Positions 53,601 to 64,000 of a stretch of 64,000 bases of DNA are shown here, in pieces. Where the stretch lies: positions 808,001-872,000 of the forward strand of contig CM119371.1 of the NCBI GenBank assembly GCA_051294905.1, given 5' to 3'. Positions within the stretch are counted from its first letter, which is position 1, and each line of letters starts with the position of its first letter. The DNA comes from Botryllus schlosseri (Eukaryota). The notes under the pieces are model-generated. The model was given only the letters and a program-made list of their open reading frames with translations. It was not told the DNA's origin and did not search any database. The translations under genes and the position numbers were made by a program.

Positions 53601-56600
53601 AAAGATTCATACCCTTAATAAATTTCAATTGTGTCTCTGTCGGCCTGTACTGGTAAGAATTCAGCAAAATTTGGTGTGGAGCGTTTTTAGGCAAATGAAC
53701 AATGTAATTAGAAGATGCCCGGGATCCTGAAAAAATGTTATTTTTGAACAACCCTAATGTTTAGTCATACGGGAACTTTACCGCTTGGATATTATGATGA
53801 CTCATACGATACAAATGTATCGGAACGTTATTTTGATAAAATGTGTTATTCAAAAGTATATTATACCGTGCCATGCCAAAGACCGCATTGCAGGTCTGCC
53901 AAATATACTACGAATTTAAATCTCAATTTCAGAAACGGAACAAGTTGTACGCCAGCTCATTAGTTATTGAATTGATTTAGAAATTCGGAGCGAATTTTTC
54001 ACATTGTGTCATGACACCGTTCATGACCTGATTTCGATTTGGCATACATCACAATCCACAATACTGCAATTGCTGTACCATATTGTTTAAAAGTAGCCTA
54101 CCCTACAACTGGTTCAAGGATATTTACATGTGAAAGCCAAAGCTATGACAAAGTCACAAGGTTCCGAGTCACAAGTCCAATGGACTGTTAGGCTATAACT
54201 TCGACTCAAGTCAAGTCAAATCATTTCCAACTCACCACCGAATCAAGACCGACTCCACGTCAAGGAGCAATGCGCCGAGTCTGAGTCATTGTGTTAAGAC
54301 TTGAGTCCGAGTCCAAGTGATCGTGTTCATTATGCAGTAAGAGTTAAATCAGGTTGAACTCTTGGGTGATATCTTGGGTCGACTCATGCGCAAAGACTCT
54401 AGTACAAGTCGCGTCAATACAGAAATTGTCTCGAGTCGACGTGAGTCATTTAGCGTTTTTAAGAAAATAACTTGAGTCAAGTCGAGTTGAACGAAAAATT
54501 GTGATTCGAGTCATTGCAACCCTGCCAAAACCTAAGAAGACTTGGTCAAAATTGTTGGTTTTTCACTGTCCTATTTGGAGACATCTGAGAGTATGAATAT
54601 GTCCAGCCCACAACAAGGTTGCAATAATTTGAAAATAAATCAAACAATAAAGTGATTTTAACGGGACTTAATGCCTTACGGTGTCTTCAATAGAATCAAA
54701 ATGACACTAGCAACTTTCTGATTACATTGAACTTTCAGATATCCATTTTTAAGTTGCACACAATTGCCTTGAATTTCTATTTTTGATGACTGGTCTAGAG
54801 TACCAGCACCACAGCACTGACAAAATTGAACTGAATATTGGCTCTCGAGTATCTTGTCGTACCATACCTTCCTTGCCGAGGTTCAAATTCCTTTTGTCAG
54901 TCATTTCATTCTTTCGCTTCTTCTGTTGACCGATCATTCCGTTCGGGAAGCCCTGAAATGGCAGTCAACCGCACGGTTAAAGCCAGACTTGTACAAATTA
55001 CCAGTCTAGTTAGGGTATTTAATAGTTCTAAATGAGGATTTCGAAAAGTGAGTAGTTCTAGCTCTGGTTGCAGATTTCATAAAGTGAGCAGTTCTCGTTG
55101 TGCATCTTAAATATAATTCAGTTGTAAAACAACCAGAAAGCAGGTGTTATCGTTCGGTGTTTTGTTGTTATGTGTTCCATCTCAAATATTTCACAGCTCA
55201 TTTGCAATTCAGTAGTTTCATTTATTTATAGTTATTAGCTGTTTTAATTAGGATTGTTAAGGTTGTTGTTTATAGATTAGTTGAAGATGTGAGTTTTGTA
55301 ACGTCAATACAAATTTTGCAAATCCAAAAGTTTGTACTTAGTCCGGTTGCAGCACCGCAATAGTGGATCAAAATTGATCATGGACGCAACTACATACGTT
55401 TTCTATACCATTCAGCGCGTTGATACAAATTGTCCCTTCTGAAGAGGTCTAGAATTTGATGGAAGCACATCTGCTAGACATTTCTGATGGCAGAGTTGAT
55501 GGAGATCTGAATACAAGATGACAGAAACGTGACAGCAACGCATCCCAACACACCAATATATCCAGGAGTTGTACAATGTACATGTACATGTACAGTACAG
55601 GCACCTGGTGACTATACAACTAATGGTGAGGGTAATATACAGACACTACAGTAGGAGATATTGACCTGGGGTCTATATATCCCTTGATGGTGTAGGCCAA
55701 CACATATTACCGTAGTTGAAGGGCCATGTAAGGCCAATGTTGAAAAAAGAATAAGAAGCTATATTGTCCATTATAACATCTGTTCTCATTGCGGACTGAC
55801 ATATATACTGTGTTTCATTTTTGGCGCGCACAACAGTTTGCAAGCAAAAGTGACGAGCATTTATTAGTAACCAGGGGCCATCATTAGGAGTGGGCAGAAG
55901 ATATGATATTTCGTTTGTAGTCATCGGGATACCAAATCCCCATGAAGTGTTTTTACCGAAAATTTTCCTAAAAAAATCATGCTCTCAAAGAATGAACAAG
56001 GCGATTATTAGGGCCCCCCTTGTATACTAGGAGTTAGTTTACTACCATCAGACGTGGTCATGGTCAGTGACAAAGTATTTCAACTTCTGGTCAGGGTTGT
56101 AACTAAGTCACATGGTTCCGAGTCATAAGTCGTTCTCACTTTTATAGTTTCGACTCGAGTCAAGTTGATTCATTTTCAATTCACCACCGAGTCAAGTCCA
56201 AGTCAGCGAGCAGAGGGTCGATTCCGAGTCATGGTAACAGTTTCCAGTTAAAGTCTTGTTTAATCGACTCTTTATGACTGTTTGGTGATATCGAGCGGTT
56301 CGCATTTATAATATACTAATTTTTCTCACTTTTAACAGTTTCTGGTCACATTTTCAAGCACCGCTAACAACAGATGAAATACCATCAGTCTGGTTACTTC
56401 ACTATTTTTCGATATTACAATGAAATGTCGGTCTCTGCAGCCTGAGTCTCAAGTCATATGACTTGAACTCGAGTCATTACCGTATTTTGAGAAAATTACT
56501 TGAGTCATCAGTTGAGTCATCAGAAAATCGCGACTCACATCGAGTCATGACTCGATTCATTACAACCCTGATTTTGGTAATACTCAAGTATAGTTAGGTT

Positions 56601-56975
56601 TATATACTTGCACTACTGACTGAATTCGTGAAGATTTTAGACTGCTTTCACTTGTACCTAACTTTTTACGTAAAACCGGCCTACTTACTTCTCAAACTTG
56701 ATTTTTTGTCAAGCGGAAGATAGTTTCGAGATAAGCTTGCATGGTTGTTATGAGCTACATTGGCATGACACGTGGGTGAAATACTCCTGCATTGCAAACA
56801 CCAAAGGTATTTTTGAAAATTGCACATAAGCCTGTGTCGTGTCATTTGTCATGCTATGTCACTCACGGAGATGCACCTGCAATTCCGAAATTATCAAACT
56901 TCGATTACTTGCCAAAAGCATGGAACACGTCCAACAAATCTACTTTTTCAAACTACTTACACGTGTACTTTTGGT
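50650..56975 (-). pseudogene. RBM28: Intron-containing RBM28 (nucleolar multi-RRM protein, Nop4 homologue)-like pseudogene
   Basis: Exons ~54868-55000 (DKRNLNLGKE), 52550-52731 (VGTQASDGLDAIEWKKREK...LPRSVDGKKLK) and ~50650-50913 (ELLLS...MRDLK...LGYAFINFAKHENALK...NNSSGIFG...PIVD) follow the RBM28 linker-RRM4 order with phase-compatible GT/AG sites. A decayed RRM2-like piece at ~56800-56975 (DLLDVFHAFG, AYVQF) has stops and frameshifts. Confidence 0.8.
53162..53756. mobile_element. TAGGG-terminus MITE
   Basis: TAGGGTGGTTCAAAAA...TTTTTGAACAACCCTA; TSD ATGTCCAG/ATGTTTAG. Confidence 0.72.
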
Positions 56976-57789
56976 TGAATTAGGACCAGATACTGAGGCG
57001 AATGGTCTCGTTCTACTTAGTAATACTATTGACACAGTTACTGTTCAGAACTACCGCATATAAATATTATTTCAAATAGTAGCAACGAGTCTTCTAATTG
57101 CTTAATAAGGAATAGAAATACTTCTACTTCCATCGTCAGATAGTGTAAAACTAGAGCCCTGGTTGTAATGACTCGACATGAGTCAGACTCGAGTCATCAT
57201 CATAGAATTGGAAAATAAATGACTCAATTCAAGTCACTCGGTCTATTGACTCGAATTGAGTGATTTTCAAATTTTATGATGATGACCGTGGGTCATTTAG
57301 AAAATTGTAAATGGACCATTCTGTGAATTTATTGAAAAGTTTGAGAACCACTAGGTTACAAGATCATAATTATAATGCACTTACAATGTCACTGTCAATG
57401 CCAATGTGTCTTGAAAAGTATGTCGCGGTATCAAACTCACCTCGTATTACAATTGAAAATGTCACTGCTTGAAAGTTGCGCAAATTGCTTGAATCTGATC
57501 GATAAAAAGACCTTTGTCTGTAATGACAAAGAAAAGATACGTCGATTCAAAATCGACTCAAATTCAAACTCAACAGTTAATCAATGTGTTGAGATTTTTT
57601 GTTAAATACAGAAGTAATCATATCGGCAGTGATGTCACAGAATGAAAAACTCTCATATCCGAGATTATTGATTCAGGGATAAAACAAAATCTGAACTTAC
57701 CCATATGGTGCATTTCAGTCTAATATACATTGATGTTCGTCAGATTACATCTGATCTGTTGAGATTGCCGTACGAATGTCTTTATGATC

Positions 57790-58045
57790 CAACTGATCAG
57801 CATCGGAGGAATAGGACTTGAAATTATATGTCATATGATGATCTTCCATAGGCAAGGTCTCTGTTAGAAGAGGGACGACGTCGAAATTTGACAAGGTCAT
57901 TTCAATTCCCATACACATGATGTAGGTTGACATGCAAAAGGTATGACATATTTGCATATTGGAGGGTGTGCGATCTGGCTTCCTACTGACCATGGTAGCG
58001 TACATTAGCACAGTGTATTCGAAGATTCAACACATCGCGAACAGC
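57790..58045 (-). mobile_element. Possible LINE APE-endonuclease remnant
   Basis: NLRIHCANVR followed, in a shifted frame, by NFDVVPLLTETL and YNFKSYSSD, reminiscent of the NxR and 'D..lxETW' motifs of CR1/L2-type endonucleases. Confidence 0.35.
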
Positions 58046-59258
58046 ATAAATACAACACACAATTTAATGACATATAGTAATTTTATATATAGAATGTTAC
58101 TTGGAAGTATCCACTGAGAGAACAGACTAACGGAATATGTGACATTTTCATTAAGGAAGACACTGATTCTTCATTTGTATGACGAACTTACACTCATTGA
58201 GAACCTGAGATGCAGTTCATCCATTTTTCAAGATTCATTCCAACTTGACGTTTTTCTTGACAGTTAAAAAAGAGAGACATCTGAAGATATTATGTGCATT
58301 AAAGATGAATAGCTCTTTGCTGCTCTTATATAAATGAGCTCCGATTAAAGAGCACTGACTGTTTTCACATAGCTATGTACTGCCTTATTAATACCGATTT
58401 CAAATGGAGAAAAGAAATGATTCACATAATTGAAATTTTTTGTCAACTTGACTTGAGTTGAGTCATCTTCATGGAAAATGTAAATGGAAAATGACTCGAG
58501 TCAACTTGAGACACTTTATGTGTGGTGTCAAATATGACTCAAACGTTATATACAACTTGATTGAAGTCTCGTGTATCAGGATCAATACTTGACTCTGCGA
58601 CTCGAGTCAAGACGAGTGAAGTCATGACTCGATTTATTACAAGCCTGAATGTAGCCACGGTATTGTCATAAAAGGATATTGTTACGAAAATCTTGTCTAT
58701 CCGCGTTTCTGTTGCTCATTATCAGTTACTCAAAAAGATGATTCTTGCCATTTTAAAAGCTAGTACTGGGAAATTATTACCAAAAGCCTGCGTCTCATTC
58801 AGACAATCTATTTGGTAAAACAACTTATACTCAAGTACTCATCAGAACTTCTACTTTTGAATATTACTTCAAGTAGTTGTAACAAGTCTCAAATCACCCA
58901 TAATTGATAAGAAATTAAGGGGTCAACTTCAAACTTCTTACCAAGTCTCGGAGATTTATCTAGGCTCCCCCTTGTCATATCATCTGTGTAAGCAGTGTCT
59001 TATAAAAGTCAAGACGCGGGCCGTGCTACAAGTCGGGAGCTAAAGGATAGAAATGAAGAAAATTGGCCTGGTTTTAGCGACCGTGATAGTCAACAAACAC
59101 CATGAACACCACAAACAACAACATAATTACTTCTACTTCAACCACAAGATAGTGCAAGGCTAGAGCTAGAGCTAGAAACTGTGTTTACCTGTAGTCATAC
59201 ACATGTTAGGAGTGAAAAGAATGAGTATATCATGGTTTTTACTGGTGATGCCGACAAC

Positions 59259-59809
59259 CAGTGTTGGGATGACTCGAGTCACTTTTTTCGTATGACTTGA
59301 CTTGGCGTGTCAGAAATGTGGTTTGACTCGTGACTCGGAGACAAGGTTTCGAGTCAATCTCAAGTCATCAAGTAACAGTGTCGATAAAAATGGCTGATCT
59401 TGCATATATTCGAATTGTTCTCGGTACGCTGGTGTGACATGTAAGAGTGAGCAATCACTATTTTGAATGATAATTATAGATTGAGGCTATACAGTTATTT
59501 GAGTACTTTATCAGTTCTACGCATGTGTGGGCGGTACGAAGCCTTTTTTACATGTATTTTAAACTAGGTATAGTCGTCATACGGTTCCAAACTAATGGCA
59601 ACTTCCAAACAGCTCTTGGTATCAAAATGCGATGACGCAAATATGCTTCGTACTTCAAAAAATCAACTTGAATTGAACTATGACTTGACTCGTGACTTGA
59701 CTTAACTCGAGCCACCTTTGAAAATAGGATGACTTGATTTGACTCGAGTCAAATATCAATGACTTGAAATGACTCGTGACTCGAAGGTGGTGACTTGGTT
59801 CAAACACCG
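59259..59809. mobile_element. GACTCGAGTC-repeat MITE related to 39608-40519
   Basis: CAGTGTTGGGATGAC...CAAACACCG; perfect TSD CCGACAAC. Confidence 0.82.
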
Positions 59810-61030
59810 CCGACAACACGCCACTATTCGGATCTGAAATCATGGATTTGCCAAAATAATGTAATTTATAATTTACTCACTTTTCACCTCCTCATGTGTC
59901 AGTCGGACATTTATGTTTGTCAGATTCCGACTGAACGGTTGAGATTGTCATGCAAACGTCTTTCACGAAAGAAATTTAGATGTATCGGAGGAACAGCCTC
60001 TTAAATGAGATGTTATGTACAATGATATTCTGATGGCAATCCACTGTAATAAAAGCAAGAGTTGTTGTATAAAGTAGATTCAGTAAATGTAGCCATCTAT
60101 AGAAAGCACAGCAGCCGACCATATTCATCTATTTTCTATAGTCACAGGCTGAAATGGTCAGGATTTCCTCAGTGTTACTCAGGTAGAAAAAGCATCATAC
60201 GTTTCTACTCAAGTGCAATTTATAAGTAACTTGAAAGACAAATGCCAGTTTTGCCAGAAAAATGAAAACTGTTCAGGTAGAAGTGTAAGTAGTCCTAAAT
60301 CATAACAACTCGAGTACAGTAATTAGTACTAGCATGCAAAACTTATTTGAGATTTAAGTACTTAAAAAAAATTTAAATGACTTCATTACTGACCATCACT
60401 GCTTGCAGAGGACCTGATTTGGTTTTCTAGTTTATTTCACGTCCAAGCTTAGCAATGGATGTGTGTGCTTGAAGCGAGATGAAATATATTTTGAGCATCG
60501 TCGGCCACATCGGAACGATCAGCAAAGGTTTAGTTATCAGTTTGATGGGTAGTTCATGAGATATCCGGTAATAGTCAGGCTCTAGTTCAACACACAATGG
60601 CAGGGTGCAGACTAGTACACCATACTCAATTAACCGGGACCGGGAACTACTTAATTTTTAAAACAAACAGCTATAACTATTTATTTTCAAAACTAGTAAC
60701 TAGAATTACCGTAATTTTCCAAGTATAGTACGCCTTCATGTATAATACGCACCCCTAAAATAGCATGTAAATTCTGGGAAAAGGCCTGTACCCATGTATA
60801 GTACGCACCCTGCATTTCAGTACATGAATAGTCCCGATTTCGTATACGATGTCATTCTGTTTTGCGATGTCACTGTTGAACAATCATTACACGACGATCG
60901 TTAATCCATAGTGATCTAGTTGTCCCAATCTGGCTGAGAAAACCCAGTTATCGTGTGAACCCCGGTTAGAAACCCCTGCTGCAAGTTAGCCTAATGAGAA
61001 AGTATGCTAATAGTTGTGGTTATGACATAC

Positions 61031-61191
61031 CTTCAGGTTTTGACACTTCCAGTAAGATTGTCAGCACATAATCGAGTTGTACGTCTGCATTTTTCAGTTT
61101 GGCCCGATTTGCATTTTCAATCTTAACATGTTTCTTCCATTCTGTCGCGTTGAGACCTTCATGGGCTTGCGTTTCTACACAGAAAAATCAC
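61031..61191 (-). pseudogene. RBM28: Second, more decayed copy of an RBM28-like exon
   Basis: VETQAHEGLNATEWKKHVKIENANRAKLKN then, frameshifted, TTRLCADNL. Donor GAAG|GTATGT kept, acceptor mutated. Flanks align with ~52430-52790. Confidence 0.75.
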
Positions 61192-62876
61192 AGGTGGTCA
61201 TGTAGTCTGCATCGCACTTTTCTACAAGTGTTAATCGGAGGTGGCTACCTAGCTTCACGCTGGGTTGCTATGACTCGACTTACCGGTGACTCAACTTGAC
61301 TGGAGTAATTTTTTCAAATAACTCTACTCGAATAAATTGATGTGTTGAATCAACTTGCCTCGAGTAATTTCTTCAATAGACTTGACTTTAGGATTACCAT
61401 ATTCTGGAATCGGGAAAGGGGGACGCTTTTTCAAAATGTTTAAACTTGGAGAAGTCAAAATTATGTCAAAATTGTAGCGTTAGGCCAAAAATTGTCTAAA
61501 TTGTTTACAAAGTAACAACTTTTTTGCAACCTGCGTTTCGTTCATTTTGTATATTTTGCAGTGTCTGTGAACTTGTCATTTGACATTTCACCGCTTGTAG
61601 CCTACTTTATAGGCCTGCAGTTGTAGACGGCCCCATGGTCTGCTTATTGTGAATCGTAAACATTCAAATGAAACAAATAGGTCAACATGGTGCTCAACGT
61701 ACCGCAATATCCCAACTGAAGCTACACTGCGTGGACATTGCAAGGTTCTTATATCAAGAAGTGTTGTGCTACTAAACATTTTAATTATCTCTACCATAAT
61801 CCGTGGTGTAACTTCTGCAATTCTTCATAGGGCCAGATTTTCTTAAAATAAAGTTAGAAAAATTTTCAGTTATCGATGCAAAAAAGTTTTTTTCAGGCCA
61901 TACTACTTCGTAAGGAACGACAGTTCCAACCGGAAATGAAGACAATTCTAACGTTATGTGGGAAAACACCTCATTTGTATACATTATTTTTTAAAAATAG
62001 GTCCAAAATGTCAAAATATTGATTTTTAGGTCAAAATCGTTCTTTTTTAGGTTAAAAATAAGCCTAGTCAAAACCATTCACGTCATCAAATTCTCCGTTG
62101 GGATTGTTAGCATTCTGATTGCATTTGCATTTTCCTTACCATTTTGAGAGTTGATACAATTTGAAATTTTGTCGAAGGTGAGGTCTTGAATCGGACGCGA
62201 GCACATCGCTTGGACATGCCAATGGCGATCTGAATACAAGATGTCATAAATGTGACAGCAACGTATTGAATTTGAAACATATGAATACAAGCAGGAAAAT
62301 AATGTTCATGCATCTGAGATCTTATGATCATACGTACAACACACTTGATATCAAAAAGAAACCATCAAGTTTCGCATTAAATTCAAATTTCTGATATTTA
62401 TTTATTTGATATTTTTGGTATTTGGCATCGCCATGACCCAACATATCCATCACTGTTTCAATTCAATAGTGAAAATCACCTAATAGTTTTATGGTCTTGT
62501 TCTACGTTCACTTTAGTTACAGCGAGTAGTAGAGGTCGACCGATATCGACCTTGCCGATGATCGAGGCCAATGTTTGGAACTTCGCTCCGAGTTCTCAGT
62601 CTCAGGAAATCGACGACACAAAGGGGGCTGCGTGACAGATTGCCCTTGCAGGACAAGTTGAACTGGGTGAGCATGCAGTGAAACTATGCTTCCTGCATCA
62701 CAGCCTACCTCTACTGGACTGATCTGTGATTCTGCATCATCTTTTGCTCTTTGGGATATCCCACATTTCAATGAATGTGCACAATTAGGCAATAATTGTT
62801 TTCTAGTTTATTGATCAGCTTTCTGTGGCATGCACAAGAGACAACTACCCTAATCGAACAGAACAAAATAGAACAG

Positions 62877-63493
62877 TAGGGCTGTTCGAAAAAAATCTTT
62901 TTTTTCTGAATCTTGTTGGCTACATCATTAAATCATTTGTTTGGCTCAAAAAACGATGCACACGAAATTGGAATTCATTCAAACCGGTAAGCGCGGACTT
63001 TGTACAGTTTGAAAATTTTGAATATACCCAAAAATGCAAAAAAAAAATTTCAAATTTTTGGTCAACCCCAAGAAATTGTTGCGCTGTCTTCAAAAACTAT
63101 CCAAAACAAATTTGACTCAATTCCAACCAGTAAAAGCGGGGACATTTGAGTTTTTCTTTGATAATTCTGGGATAATCCTTGATCGGTGGATAATCCAAGA
63201 ATTATCAACGAAAAACTCGAATAACTCTGCTTCTACTAGTTGGAATCGAGTCAAATTTGTTTTGGATCGTTTTTGAAAACAGCGCAACAATTTCCCGAGG
63301 TTGACAGAAAAATTTGAAAATTATTTTTTATGGCATTTTCAGGTAAATTCTAAATTTTCACACCGTACGAATTACGCCCTTACCGGTTGGAAAGAATTCC
63401 AATTTCGTGTGCATCGATTTTTTAAGGCAACCTAATGATTTAATCACGTAGCTAACAAGGTTCAGGAAAAAAAAGTTTTTTTGAACAGCCCTA
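62877..63493. mobile_element. Palindromic (fold-back) MITE
   Basis: TAGGGCTGTTC...GAACAGCCCTA; inverted symmetry runs nearly to the centre (~63180); TSD degenerate. Confidence 0.78.
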
Positions 63494-64000
63494 CTGCACA
63501 GCCTGTCGTAGTGGTCTGGCGGAAGAGATGGACATGGCCTATTTTGTACCATTCACCCATGATTCAGGAACTACATGATACTGCACTATAGTTGTTCCAG
63601 ACGCAAATGAATAGCTTTGCACAGCATAGAGGCAACTAGAGTGGAACATGGCGTTACTAAAAAATCATGATTTTGCAGTTCCAATACAGCAGCTTTCTGA
63701 AGAAAATAGCTACAACCAAAAAAAAATCATGATATTATCTTTAATTTGATATCACTTCATTTTTGGAGCGAAGTGACCCTTGAAAACAATAATTTTTGAA
63801 TATTTTTGTACGACAACATTTTTCAACAACTGATGCTTCAGCATAAACATGTTTTGCATATTGGAAAACAATATGCATGTAAATGCTGGTTTTATTTTTG
63901 TTTCAATTGGGATCAGGTTGTCGACCGCACACTCGATAATTCTAGTTGTATAATTTCTCTAAATTAAAGCGAAATGACAGTAATCTAAATTTAATCTAAT

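Noticed and set aside
61560..61990. Possible piggyBac transposase remnant (KNFFAS similar to DNFFTS)
   Set aside because: A single weak motif without TTAA/TIR support.

Overview
AT-rich animal (probably marine invertebrate; taxon not determinable from sequence alone) nuclear DNA dominated by transposable elements. It has three landmarks. (1) A minus-strand, intron-containing NLR-type (NACHT-LRR) gene at ~2.8-15.1 kb: a short N-terminal exon with no recognisable death-fold domain but an amyloid/RHIM-like motif splices in frame to a fully open 1.44-kb NACHT exon, while the downstream LRR exons carry stops. (2) A Mag-like Ty3/Gypsy LTR retrotransposon (17636-35100, about 4.6 kb once insertions are removed) broken by four primary DNA-transposon insertions with further nesting, including a fold-back hAT built from two transposase 3' ends. 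(3) A decayed, intron-bearing RBM28-like locus at ~50.6-57 kb with a partial second copy near 61 kb. The rest is mostly hAT-type MITEs with readable 8-bp TSDs, two piggyBac-like MITEs, tRNA-derived SINE remnants and small duplications. All homology calls come from reading motifs by eye; no database search was run.
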